From Felis catus (Eukaryota), in contig NC_058368.1 of the NCBI RefSeq assembly GCF_018350175.1, positions 87,856,001-87,920,000 on the forward strand: 64,000 nucleotides of DNA, read 5' to 3'. The notes beneath the pieces were generated by a model. The model saw only the letters and a list, made by a program, of their open reading frames with translations, was not told the origin of the DNA and did not search any database. The position numbers were made by a program, and so were the translations under genes. How positions within the stretch are numbered: the stretch's first letter is position 1; the number at the start of each line of letters is the position of its first letter. Positions 35,528 to 47,729 of this stretch are shown piece after piece.

Positions 35528-36300
35528 TGTGATAGTGTGATTTATAAGAAATACGGACTCGGCCCTTGTCACTGTTCCTGGCTCAGAGGTCCTAAGGCCC
35601 TTGGGTTTCCCAACTGAAGACAGCAATGAAGGTGTCACGGTGTTCATAACAAGCCCAAATTCATGTTGTTGTGGTGACTTTAGAAAGCCCCTAGGGATGG
35701 CGGCTGGTGGCCTGTGGACCCCACCGTGGGACCAGAGAGTTGGAGGCTTCAGTCCTGCCCCTGACCTCTGGGAAGGGGAGATGGAATCAATCACCAATGG
35801 ACAATGGGTTAATCGATCATGTCTATGCAATGAAGCCCCCATGAAAACTCAGAGGGACAGTCTCAGCATTGGGGGGGATTGAAGGCTGGGGAGCACGTAG
35901 AGACGTGGGGAGAATGACGTGCCTAGAGAGGCATGGAAGCTTCCCATCCCTTCCCCAGCATCTTGATCTGGGCGTCTCTTCTAACGGGCTATCCCTGAGT
36001 TATATCCTTTTGTAATAAACCACTAATCTAGCAAGTCAAACATTTCCCTGAGCTCTCTGAGTCCCTCCAGCACACTCATCAGACCCGAGGAGGGGCTGTG
36101 GGAACCTGTGATCTGTTGCCTGTGGGTCAGAGCACAGGTGATGTCTGGACTTGGGGTTGGCGTCTGAAGTGGGGGTGGTCTTGTGGGGCTGAGCCTGTGG
36201 GGTCTGATGCCATCTCCACATAGATGGGGCCAGAGCTGAGTGAATTGTAGGACCCCCAGCTGGTGTCAGAGAATTTCCTGTTGATCCCTTACAGATAGGA
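35528..36300 (+). mobile_element. MER21-like solo LTR
   Basis: tgtgat...aagaaata start, atcaccaatgg..aatg..ttaatc, aataaa..ccctgag, tctgaagtggggg motifs recalled from MER21. Confidence 0.7.
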
Positions 36301-37502
36301 AATAATGGTGAGCCCTGTGATCACCCCAGCTTCCTGCCTTCAGTGTCCAGGTCTAGGAGGGGAAACTGAGGTTGGCAGAGCCAGGTAGACCCTGAGTTGA
36401 GGAGACAGAGTTGGCATCCTGGGAGATGAAGGCTGCTGGAGTCCACAGGACAGAATCCAGAGAAGAGAGAGCTGCACACAGAGAGTGGGGACCCTCTCAC
36501 TGGAGGGTCAGCAAAGCACTGACTGGCATGTGAACATGGGGAAAGAGACCTCTGAAGGGGCCATGGACACAGTGCGGAGGATACTGTGTTTCTAGTCAGA
36601 CTGGAAACTTTCACAGTCTGTGGATCAGGTGCTCAGGAAGTCTTTCCTTTCAGTAGAGGGAGGGAATCAGCCCAGCTTCCTGGGCCTCACATCTGAGGAG
36701 GATCTCAAGAAGGTCTGCAGACACACTGATCCTAAAACTCATGTAGAAATGCAAAGGACCCAGAGGCTCAAAACAGTCTTCAACGAGAGCAAAGTTGGAG
36801 GACCCACATGTCTAGATTTCAAAACTTACAATGAAGCTACAGCCATCAAGACAGCATGGTGGTGGCATGATGGTCAGATCATGGATAAATGAGACAGAAT
36901 GAAGAGCCCAGAAATAAACCCACTTGTTTCATGGAAATGAGATTTTGACAAGAGTTCCAGGACCATCTTATGGAGGAAAATAGTCTTTTCCACAAACAGT
37001 GCTGGAACATTGGATTTCCACAAGACAAGGATGAATTTGGGCCCTTAGCCTCTCACCATATACAAAAAGCAAACCTAAATGTCAGAGCTAAGCCTGTAAA
37101 ACTCTTAGAGGAAAACATGGTTGTAAATGTTTATAGCAAAAACTAGGTGATGGTCTTGTAGACATCACAACAAAAGTACAAGCAAGCAAAGGAAAAGTAG
37201 TGGACTTCATCAAATTGAAAATTTTGTGTATCAAAAAAGTGGAAAGAAAACCCTCAGAATGGGGAAAAATGTTCAAAAATCATATATTTGATAATGGCCC
37301 AGTACGCAGAATATATAAAGAACTCCTACAACTCAAAATCAAAACCCAATCTGAAAATGGGGAAAAGACCTGAGTAGACATTTCCCCCAAAAAACATACA
37401 CAAATATCCAATAAAAGATACATGAAAAGATACTCAACATCATTAGTCACCAGGGAAATGCAGGTCAAAACCACACTGCTTAGGGCAGCAATTACTAAAA
37501 AC

Positions 37503-37695
37503 CCCTGGGTGGCTCAGTCTGGTTGGTGTCCAACTTTGCCGCAGGTCATGATCTTAAGGTTCATGGGTTTGAGCCCCACATCAGGCTCTGTGCTGACAGT
37601 ACAGGATCCTCTGTCTCCCTCCCTCTGCCCATCCCCTGCTCACTCTCTCTCTCTCATAAATAAATAAACATTAAATTTTTTTAATAAATAAAAAG
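37503..37695 (+). mobile_element. Can-SINE
   Basis: cctgggtggctcagtc head, CT tract, aataaa tail. Confidence 0.88.
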
Positions 37696-38323
37696 GTGAA
37701 TAATAACAAGTACTGATGAGGATGTAGGGAATTTGAACCTGCATCCATTGCTGGTGGGAATTAACAATGGCACAGCCCCTGTAGAGCATGGCCATTCCTC
37801 CCAGAGTTAGCCACAGAACTGCCATATGACCACGTGATTCCACTCCTAGGTATGTGTCCAAGAGAACTGAACACGTATGTCACAAAACACAATTACTTGT
37901 ACACAGATGTGTGCAACAGCATTACTTATAAGACCCAAGACAACTGATGGATAAACACCACCTGATGAATGGATAAGCAGTCCACATACAAGGGAGTATT
38001 GTTCAACCTGAAAAACAGATGAGGTACTGATGTATTTTACAACACACATGGATCTCTGGGACATGTTCAGTGACAGGAACAAAAGGCCACGTATCATATG
38101 ATTCCATTTATATGAAACAGGAACAAAAGGCCACGTATCATATGATTCCATTTATATGAAATGTCCAGAACAGGCAAACCCACAGAGACAGAAAGTAGCT
38201 TAGTGGTCTCCAGGGGCCAGGGAAGGCAGAGTGGGGATTGACAGTGAATGGACACAGGGTTTCTTTCTGGGATGACAGAAATGCTCTGGTGTGGGAAATA
38301 AGCATAAGAATTCCCTGAGCTTG

Positions 38324-38444
38324 GGGGCGCCTGGGTGACTCAGTTAGGTGTCAACTTCAGCTCAGGTCATGATCTCGCAGTTCTAGAGTTTGAGCCCCAC
38401 CTTGGGCTCTGTACTGACAACTCAGAGCCTAGAGCCTGCTTTGG

Positions 38445-38481
<37 letters not shown>

Positions 38482-38552
38482 CTCTCTCTGCCCCTCCCCC
38501 ACTTGCACTGTGTCTCTCAAAAATAAGTAAATGTTAAAAAAATAAAAATAAT
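38324..38552 (+). mobile_element. Felid Can-SINE with 15-bp TSD
   Basis: ggggcgcctgggtgactcag head, (CT)n, A tail; aattccctgagcttg at 38309-38323 and 38553-38567. Confidence 0.93.
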
Positions 38553-38814
38553 AATTCCCTGAGCTTGCACCAATGAGTTAACAAGGCTTAGGATGGAAAG
38601 CCGCCTCAACAGGATGAAAGTGTCCGAGACCAGTTAGAGGCGAAAGCCACTACAGGGTAGAAGCACCTGACGTTAGTTAGAGAAAAGGTGCTTTGTTAGC
38701 CTTGAGGCACCCTGCTCCAGCAACCTTACACTTTGGAGATAGGAGCTGCTTGGCTGTATCACCCACAGAGAAACACTGTCCATCTGGTGTATCATTGTGC
38801 TTTAATCTCAACTT

Positions 38815-39702
38815 TTTTTTTCAATATATGAAATTTATTGTCAAATTGGTTTCCATACAACACCCAGTGCCCATCCCAAAAGGTGCCCTCCTCAATACCC
38901 ATCACCCATCCTCCCCTCCCTCCCACCCCCCATCAACCCTCAGTTTGTTCTCAGTTTTTAAGAGTCTCTTATGCTTTGGCTCTCTCCCACTCTAACCTCT
39001 TTTTTTTTTCCTTCCCCTCCTCCATGGGTTTCTGTTAAGTTTCTCAGGATCCACATAAGAGTGAAAACATATGGTATCTGTCTTTCTCTGTATGGCTTAT
39101 TTCACTTAGCATCACACTCTCCAGTTCCATCCACGTTGCTACAAAGGGCCATATTTCGTTCTTTCTCATTGCCATGTAGTACTCCATTGTGTATATAAAC
39201 TACAATTTCTTTATCCATTCATCAGTTGGTGGACATTTAGGCTCTTTCCATAATTTGGCTATTGTTGAGAGTGCTGCTATAAACATTGGGGTACAGGGAC
39301 GCCTGGGTGGCGCAGTCGGTTAAGCGTCCGACTTCAGCCAGGTCACGATCTCATGGTCCGTGAGTTCGAGCCCCGCGTCAGGCTCTGGGCTGATGGCTCA
39401 GAGCCTGGAGCCTGTTTCCGATTCTGTGTCTCCCTCTCTCTCTGCCCCTCCCCCGTTCATGCTCTGTCTCTCTCTGTCCCAAAAATAAACGTTGAAAAAA
39501 AATTTTTAAAAAAATAATAATAAACATTGGGGTACAAGTGCCCCTATGCATCAGTACTCCTGTATCCCTTGGGTAAATTCCTAGCAGTGCTATTGCTGGG
39601 CCATAGGGTAGGTCTATTTTTAATTTTCTGAGGAACCTCCACATGAAAAGATGCTCAATGTCACTCCTTATCAGGGAAATACAAATCAAAAACACACTCA
39701 GA
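38815..39702 (-). mobile_element. Young 5'-truncated, 5'-inverted carnivore L1 (L1_Fc-like)
   Basis: poly-T then L1 3'UTR; TSD tttaatctcaactt at 38801-38814 and 39703-39716; ~39643-39702 is in the opposite orientation. Confidence 0.88.
39296..39519 (+). mobile_element. Young SINEC_Fc-type SINE with 17-bp TSD
   Basis: CpG-intact head gcctgggtggcgcagtcggttaagcgtccgact; ataaacattggggtaca at 39279-39295 and 39520-39536. Confidence 0.95.
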
Positions 39703-40729
39703 TTTAATCTCAACTTCTAATGCCACTCGCCCCCCGAACCCTTTGCTTGTTACACACACAAGTTATTGGTCCCTAGCTTATTGGTTTCTTCAGCAAGTTC
39801 ACCACATATGTAAAACCTTGAGAGCTCAATCAATACAGAGACGAAACCCCTGTTTGGGGCTCTTGTCTCCTCCCGGACATTAGCCTCTCTCATATGCAAT
39901 TCTGCATCTGCTCTCTTGCTGGACACGAGAGAACTTCAGATTCAAAGTCTGCAACACTCTGGCACTGGATGGTCATGCTGGTCGCACAACATTATGAATA
40001 TACTACAATCCACTGAATTGCACATTTTTAAACAACTTCGATGGTGTGTAAATATCTAAACATTTTAAATCCCAAGAGAAAAGGCAAATTTTGCACAGAG
40101 AAACAAAGGTAAGAATGGCATCCTATTTCTCAGGTGGAAACAATGCAAGTTAGTAAACAGTGGAACAGCACCTTTAAAGAATGAAAAAGAGGAAAAAAAA
40201 AAAAAGTCCTAACAAAAATATCTTCCAGAACCAAAATAGAAATAGACGTTTCTTTCAGGCATACAAAAGCTGAGAGAACTCTAGCATACCCAGACTACAA
40301 AAAAGATGCGGAAAGATGTCCCTCAGGCAGAAAGAAAGTGAGAGCAGATGGAAATCCAGATCTACACAGCAGAATGAAATATCTCCTACTGGGTAAACAC
40401 ACAATCTGGTCTCATTCGAGGTAACTGACTTACTGTTGTGTGCAGTTGTGCTGATGATACTGACTCCACATTTGGCCCTACATCTTGTTAGTGTTGCTTG
40501 ATGACCTCTCCTGGGCCCCTGTGTTCCCGGCCCCTTGGAAACTCATATACAGGTCTTAGAAGTGCCCACCAAAACTGGGATGGGGGAGGTTTGCTTTGGC
40601 TTCCCATGAATCTGTTAGAGATAACCTAGTTTTTCTCAGACCTTATATACCCTTCAGTCTCCAGCAACCGAGGTCGCTTGTGTCATAACTACAGAAGGTG
40701 ACACCGACACATCCCTTTTCCTTGCCAAG

Positions 40730-42620
40730 CAGTGTTCCCTACAATGGCTGTACCACTATGTAACCATCGCCCACTGAAGGACAGCTGGGTTGTGACCAGT
40801 TACTGGCTGTTGAGAATAAGGTTGCTAAGAGCCTTTGGGTACAAGTTTTATTATGAATTTGGGATTTCATTTCTCTGGGATAAACACCAAAAACAGCAAC
40901 TGTTGCATTACATGTTAGCTATGCGGTTGGTTTTGTAACTGACTGCCACCCTCTTTTCCAGATGGAGTGTACCATGTTACATTCCTGCCAGCAATGCATA
41001 ATCAATCCTGTTTCTCTGCCTCCTCACCAGCACTGGGTGTTGTCTCTATTTTTTATTTTAGCCATCCTGCTAAGTGTAGAGTGACGTCTCGCTGGGGTTT
41101 TGATCAGCATTTCCCTGGTGGCTAATGATGGTGAATATCTTCCATGTTATTTGCCTTCAGGGTGTCCTCTGGTGTGAAACAACTGGACATGTCTTTTGCT
41201 TCTGTTCTAACTGGATTTTTAATTTCTTTTTTTTTATTGTTTACTGTTGACCATTCTTTATATACACAGTAAAACTGTGGATTGTGAACAACTTGTTCTG
41301 CGAGCATTCCACAAGATGAGCAAACATTTCTAATAAATTTTAACTTAATAAACTGAGCCATGTGTTGCAATATGAGTAGTACGTGACACTGAATGTCACA
41401 TGATTACAACTGAGCCAATGGTTCTTCTCTCTCTTTCTCTCTTTCTCTCTCACTGCAGGATTGTGGGTGATTGTCTTCTATGCTCAGATGCTCATGCTCA
41501 GTCTCAGGCCATGGCATTTCACAGAAATCAGTGGTTTTTCAAAACATTGGAAGGTGCCCACAACTGGCACTTGTGCTTTTTTTTTTTTTTTTTTTTTTTT
41601 TGTCACTTCCAATCACCTATGGACAGCCCTTTGCTTTTCCATACAAGAGTGAGCTTAGGTAGGAATGCTTAGCTTCATTCTAGGTCAGGCTGCCTGCAGA
41701 TATAGATCATTTCCTCTGCCGCCTTACTGACAGTTACATTCAATACGTGACAAGAGTTTATTAATACTGTAGTGAGGTCAACATCCGTGTGAGTGTATAA
41801 AATGGCCCCCATGCAGAAGGTTCCATGGAACCAATAGATAGCAGTGATTCCATTAGTGATAGTGAAGGTTGCCCTACACAATAATCCTCCTCTCCCTTGT
41901 CTCCCTTACACCAGCCACAAACATTTTCAGGGTAAGTACATGTTAATTTTTCTTTATATTTTGTATTTTCTTGATTATTTTGCATTATATTACAGTATTG
42001 TAATCATTTTTATATGAGTATTTGGGGGCTGTAGAGCAAGTCATCTGAGTTTCTATTGTTTCTTATGGGGAAATTTGCTTTGATATAGGAGCACTTTGGA
42101 TTACAAACATGCTTCCGGAATGAATTATGCTCACAAACCCAAGTTTTCCTGCACACATATTTCATGCTTTCCTTATTTTTATTGGTTTCAGAGGTAGAAT
42201 TTATTGTATATATTTTTAGATAAAGTCCTTTACTAGATATGTGGTTTGCAGATATCTTCTCCCATCCTGTACTCTGACAACCCTCTGCACGGGGTCTTTC
42301 TCAGAGCAAACATTCATAACCTTTACCAATTTTCCCTTTTATGGGTGTGCTTAGTATCAAATCTAAGGAGTGTTCTCCTGGATCCTAAATATTTTTCCCT
42401 ATTTTTTTTCCTGAAACCTTCATAGTTTTGTATTTAACATTTACATATATAGTCCATTTTGAGCTAATTTTTGTATAAAGCCAAGGTCTAATTCTTTGCC
42501 TATAAATGTCCCAATGACTCCAGCACTACTTGAGATTCTATCCTTGAATCTGAAATTCTATCCTGCTTCCACTTAATTGCCCTTGCACTTCTGTCAACAA
42601 TCAAATGGATGTACTTGTCC
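40730..42620 (-). mobile_element. Old L1 fragment(s), antisense, split by a DNA transposon
   Basis: atttctctgggataaa, ttacattcctgccagcaatg, tttgcagatatcttctccc, ccattttgagctaatttttgtata motifs. Confidence 0.7.
41267..42151. mobile_element. TcMar-Tigger-like non-autonomous DNA transposon
   Basis: terminal inverted repeats cagtaaaactgtggattgtga / tcacaaacccaagttttcctg (17/21 match). Confidence 0.7.
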
Positions 42621-42925
42621 TGAGGCCCACCAGGAGTCTTGGCATTAGAATACAACATGCCTCCTGGTCCCTTATCACTCGGGAAACTTCCAGGGATTTA
42701 AGAACTGTGTGTTAGGAACCCGGAACAAGACCAAGTACATATTTCTTGTTGTGCCATAGCTAACCGCCCAAGTGTGCCGGACACCTCCAAACTGTCCCAG
42801 GACCCTCCCCAGCCTAGGCACCTCCCAAGGAAATAAGGTCTCTGCCCCCACCCCAGCCACAAGATATGAGGCTCCACATCCTGTCCGACCCGAAACCAGT
42901 GCTCTCTGGGGGCTGCCACACTCAC

Positions 42926-43204
42926 GGTCCACACGGAGCTCTGCCTTGGTGGACGACACACCCATGCTGTTCTCAGCCATGCAGCGGTAGACACCCATGT
43001 CTGCAGGCACCACTGCAGTGATGATGAGCTGGTGGCCGCCCTGTTGGTCCTCACTGATCATGTAGTGGTCATCCTCCTCCAGCATCCTGCCGTCCTTGAA
43101 CCAGCACACGGTGGGCACCGGCTGGCCTGTCACCACACAGTCGAAGCTCACGGGGTACCCGTCCTGCACCTCCTGATTCTGCAGCTCAGTCAGGAACACT
43201 GGGG
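42926..43204 (-). CDS. OBSCN: OBSCN exon, Ig (APVFLTELQNQEVQDGYPVSFDC...DMGVYRC...LRVD)
   Basis: ORF 42675..43253; cag/gtgagt. Confidence 0.96.
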
Positions 43205-43899
43205 CTGGGAGGGTCAGGCAGGGTATGCAATGAGCTGGCCCCAGGGTCTCCACCAGTCAGCCCAGCTGCCAGCGGCTCAACGTGCATCCAGTTCACGGCA
43301 CCCATTCACGTGGGAGTGCTTGCAGACCCCGGGGCTAAACACAATTCTGCGTCTGCCAGCTTCACCCCTGTTCTCTTAGGAGGATCCTCTCCTTGCCAGC
43401 CTGCATCTCAAGCCACTGAGAAGCCAGAGGGATAGTGGGCAGGAAACAGGTAGGAGGGGCAGGTAAAGAGAGACAGAAGTCGTGTGGGCTGCAAGCATGA
43501 GAATGGCCCATAATTGCACAGGGGAGGTTTCCAGACATGAGGCCATGGGGGTTATATACCTTCTTTACTCCTAGGGAAACACAGGGAATGGTGGAGTAGC
43601 TTTAAAAGTAATTTTCGTTGCTGGAGCAGAAGATGGGGGCCGTGGAATGCCACCTTTTATACTGGTTTTATCCCAAACCCTCACGGAGCAAACACAAACT
43701 CTGCAAAGTCCATATTCCTATACCCACTTCATAGACAACACTGAGGCTCAGAGTAGCTAGCATGTAACAGACAGAGCTGGACTTAAACCGAGCTCTAACC
43801 CCAAATTCAGGGCTCCTCCAGCTCGGGGCCGCTGCATCCGCAGTGGCCCCAAGCTGGAGCCCAGCCAGCTCCCTGAGTCGTCAGCTGACCCAGGTCACA

Positions 43900-44252
43900 C
43901 CGGCCCTGCCCCTCCCCCTCCCGGCCCTGCTCCACCCTCCCTTCCAGGCCCCGCCCCATCCCCATTCTAGGCTCCACCCTTTACCGCCCCACCCCTCCTC
44001 ACCCCAGGCCCCTCCCCCTTCCAGGCCCCGCCCCCTGTTTTCCCTGCCCCGCCCTTCCTTTCCAGCCCCGCTCCTCCTCTTCCAGGACCCGCCCTCTCCC
44101 TTCCTGTCCTTCCCCTCCAGTCCCTGACCCCGCCTCTCCCCCTTATAGCCCCTCCCCCTTCCTGGTCCCGCCCCTCCCCTTCCCGCCCTTCCCCTCCAGA
44201 CCCTGCCCCCACCCCTCCTCCCTTGTCGCCCCTCCCCCTTCCGGCCCCTCCA
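43900..44252. repeat. C-rich (sense G-rich) low-complexity tract just after a donor site
   Basis: dense ccc/cccc runs. Confidence 0.85.
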
Positions 44253-44272
44253 TAGACAGCGCGCAGACTCAC

Positions 44273-45137
44273 CGGCGTCTGTGGTCAGCGGCCGGGGCAC
44301 CACCTCCTGAGCTGCTGTGGGGGCAGGAGCCACCTTGCTGATGCGCATCTCCACCCCCCGGGGCCCCTGCTCTGACAGGCTGATGTCCACGCCGATGCCC
44401 ATGGTGCCAAACATCTCCCGGAAGCAGGTGGCCGCACGGTGGGCCTCTGCAAGCGCCTCGAAGCGAATGTAGACAAAGTGCTCTTCTTCGCGGTACGTCC
44501 GCCAGTCCCCCGGCTCCTCCGGCTCCGCCGGGCCCTCGTCTGCGCTCAGGAAGAGCTCTTCGTCCGATACTTCGGCCGGGCCCTTGGTGTGGAACAGGCG
44601 GTGCAGCCGTCGGGCTGCTCGGCGGAAGGCGTCATCCAGCTCGCCCCCCGAGGAGCTCTCCGCCTCGCTCTCCGTCCCGCTGACTACCACACAGGCGCTG
44701 TGGGCCACGTGGCCGAACTTGCTGCTCACCTGGCAGGTGTAGCAGCCAGCGTCTGCACGGCCCAGGCCCGTCACCAGCAGACAGCAAGTGCCGTCCCCAA
44801 GCTGGTCGATGTGGTGGTGCCGGCCGTCAGTCAGCTCCACGCCGTCCTTCAGCCAGCGAGCACGCACATCCGCCTTGCTGGACACCACACACTCCAGACG
44901 CAGGACATCCCCCACCTGTGCCTCAGTGTCCCCAAATGTGCGGGAGAACACGGGTCCTTCCTGCTGCTTCATCTCTTTGCGGACCTTGTAGCCTTTGAAG
45001 GCAGCCTGGATCTTCACCGCTGCCTTGTCCATGGACGGGTCACCCAGGTCTTCAGCCCTCAGGCTTCCCGGGGGTGGGTGAACTGCAGGTGGCTGTTCCT
45101 GATGCTTCGGTGGCTTCCCAACTGCAGGGATCCCAAG
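44273..45137 (-). CDS. OBSCN: OBSCN exon, IQ motif + Ig + unique sequence
   Basis: ORF 43881..45347; AAVKIQAAFKGYKVRK; cacag/gtgagt; phase 0 to 1. Confidence 0.94.
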
Positions 45138-45424
45138 CTGTGTGCACAGGTAAGGCAGGGAAACTGAGGCCCGTGACAGAGAAAGGACAGTGCAGGGACA
45201 TACAGGAAGCTGGAAGCAAAGCTCATGTTTCACTTCACCATGCTGCTCTGCCTTCTGCCTGCCTGAAATTGCATAATTTTCACAGAGGCTGGATGCCTTA
45301 TGACTCCTATTGCCACCGAGAGGCAAGCCCACCCTCCCTGAAATCATTTCTAATGGTTACCTGGACGGGGACTGACAGGTTGTGAGGAACACGACAGAGA
45401 GACCAGTTTAGCTCTTAACAGTCA

Positions 45425-46110
45425 GGTGGATGGTGGGTGGGAGGATGCATGGGTGGTGGGAGATGGGTGGGTGGATGGTGGATGGATGGGTGGGTGGGTG
45501 GGGGATGGTGGATGGATGGGTGGGTAAGTGGTGGATGGATGGATGGATGGATGGATGGTGAATGGTGGATGGGTGGGTGGGGGATGGGTGGGTGAGGCAT
45601 AGTGGATGGAGGGATGGGTGGGTGGGGGATGTTGGATGGAGGGATGGGTGGGTGGGTGAATGGTGGATGGATGGATGGATGGATGGATGGGTGGTGGATG
45701 GGTGGGTAAATGGTGGATGGATGGATGGATGGATGGATGGATGGATGGGTGAATGGTGGATGGATGGATGGGTGGGTGGGGATGGTGGATGGAGGGATGG
45801 GTAGTGGATGGGTGAATGGTGGATGGATGGATGGATGGATGGGTGGTGGATGGGTGGATAGATGGTGAATGATGGATGGGTGGGTGGATGGATGGATGGG
45901 TGGGTGGGGGGATGGTGGATGGGTGGGTGAATGGTGGAAGGATGGATGGATGGATGGTGAATGGTGGATCGATGGATGCATAGATGGGTGGGTTGGTAGT
46001 GGATGGATGGATGCATGGACAGAGAATGGATGGCAGATGGGTGGTGAGTGGATAGGTGGTTGTATAAATGGATGTTAGATGGACAGATGTATGGATAATG
46101 GAGAAATGGG
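45425..46110. repeat. (TGGA)n/(TGGG)n simple repeat
   Basis: direct inspection. Confidence 0.95.
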
Positions 46111-46177
46111 TGGGCATATGGCTGATGAAGATCTGAGACATCCATGCCTCTCTTCGAAGGCCACACTGGACACTCAC

Positions 46178-46551
46178 CTTGCCGGCCAGTGGTGAGGTGC
46201 TGGGCTTCCCAGCCTTCTTGAGGTAGGTAACCAGGGAGGGAGTGCCTGCCCGGGACTCGTCGTCAGAGCTTGTGTGCGAGAGGTCGGCCTCGCCAGTGCG
46301 TGCCAGCTCGTCTGCTGTGGAGTAGTCCTCAGAGAGGTCTGGGGCCGCTTCTTCTACCTCCTGCCGCGGGCGTGGTGAACGACCATCCTCCTCGGGCAGC
46401 TCACTGATGGAGTCCAGCGTGGGTTCACGGCTCATGCGACGCTTCCGGGCCAGGGCCTCCCACAGCAGGTGCAGGTCACCCTCCTGGGCTGCCTCGGGGG
46501 GCAGGCTGGGCTGTGCAGGGGCCTCGTCCTCAGATCCCGTGGTCAGCACCA
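46178..46551 (-). CDS. OBSCN: OBSCN exon ([10 protein letters not shown]...[23 protein letters not shown]...LAGK)
   Basis: ORF 45422..46552; ttag/gtgagt; phase 1 to 0. Confidence 0.93.
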
Positions 46552-46832
46552 CTAAGGACAGGAGACTGATCAGCAGAGTCGGGACAGACCCTCGACCCTA
46601 GGCTGGCCATGGCGGCTGTGTGGTTCCCCTCAGTAGGCCTCTGGCACCTCCCTGGGCCACCAGGGTTTTCTGGAGGTCCAGTCTTTATGAAGTTTCAGAG
46701 GCTCTGAACTGCCCTCTCAGCCTCAGCTTCCCCTGCTGAAGCCAGACTTCACCCTACCTTGGGCACCTGCACAGGAGGAGTGAGTCCAGGGGAGCACGGG
46801 GCCAGGATCAGTGCAGATGCAGTGGGACAAAT

Positions 46833-47410
46833 AGTGTGAGGGGGTTCAGAGCACAGGGGAAGGTGGTCAGAGTGGGGAGGCTCATAGCGGGGGGTTCAGA
46901 GCACAGGGGAGAGGTGGTCAGAGTGGGGAGGCTCATAGTGGGGGGTTCAGAGCACAGGGGAAGGTGGTCAGAGTGGGAAGGTTCATAGTGGGGGCCTCAG
47001 AGCACAGGGGAAGGTGGTCAGAGTGGGGAGGCTCATAGTGGGGGCTTCAGAGCACAGGGGAGATGTGGTCAGAGTGGGGAGGCTCATAGTGGGGGTTTCA
47101 GAGCACAGGGGAGAGGTGGTCAGAGTGGGGAGGCTCATAGTGGGGGCTTCAGAGCACAGGGGAGATGTGGTCAGAGTGGGGAGGCTCATAGTGGGGGTTT
47201 CAGAGCACAGGGGAGAGGTGGTCAGAGTGGGGAGGCTCATAGTGGGGGGCTCAGAGCATAGGGGAGAGGCCATCAGAGTAGGGAGGCTCATAGTGGGGGT
47301 TCAGAGCACCAGGTGAAGGTGGTCAGAGTGGGAGGCTCATAGTGGGGGGTTCAGAGCACAGGGGAATGTGGTCAGAGTGGGGACGCTCATAGTGGGAGGA
47401 CTCAGAGCAC
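46833..47410. repeat. ~51-bp minisatellite, ~11 copies
   Basis: tcagagcacaggggagaggtggtcagagtggggaggctcatagtgggggtt; 17-aa periodic spurious ORFs. Confidence 0.95.
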
Positions 47411-47729
47411 AAGAAGTCCCTGTGCATGAGGAGGAGGCTCAGAAGGCAGGGTCCGAGAGCTTAGGGGACCAGCAGTGGGTACCAAGGGATGTGTTGGCCA
47501 GGACGTGCTCAGGGAGCAGTGTGGCTTGAGGTACCAGCTCTATGATTTGTGACAAGAGACTCAGCCACACGGGTCTGTGCATCTCCCCACCAGACCTCAG
47601 TCTTCTTTGGTGTGAGAGGGGCTCTCCAAGAGGATCAAGGAGCTGATGAAGAGGAGGGGCTGGCTTACCCCCACCCGCCCCGCCCCACCCCACCCCCACC
47701 CCTGCCTTAGCTGGGTCCCAAGGACACAC

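Larger units (their letters stand above)
38290..39956. mobile_element. ERV solo LTR (TG...CA, 6-bp TSD ctctgg) carrying SINE and L1 insertions
   Basis: tgtggg start, gcaaca end, ctctgg at 38284-38289 and 39957-39962; ~521 bp after removing inserts. Confidence 0.8.
36700..40060 (+). mobile_element. Old L1M (L1MB-like) ORF2 3' end and 3'UTR, interrupted by younger insertions
   Basis: degenerate ORF2 (DFKTYNEATAIKTAWWW; MKRYSTSLVTREMQVKTT); 3'UTR resumes after the LTR at 39957. Confidence 0.85.

Noticed and set aside
38073..38160. ~44-bp direct duplication in the L1 3'UTR
   Set aside because: Local slippage in a dead element; no functional sign
45408..46166. His/Pro-rich ORFs (also 54015-54853)
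   Set aside because: Translations of (TCCA)n simple repeats
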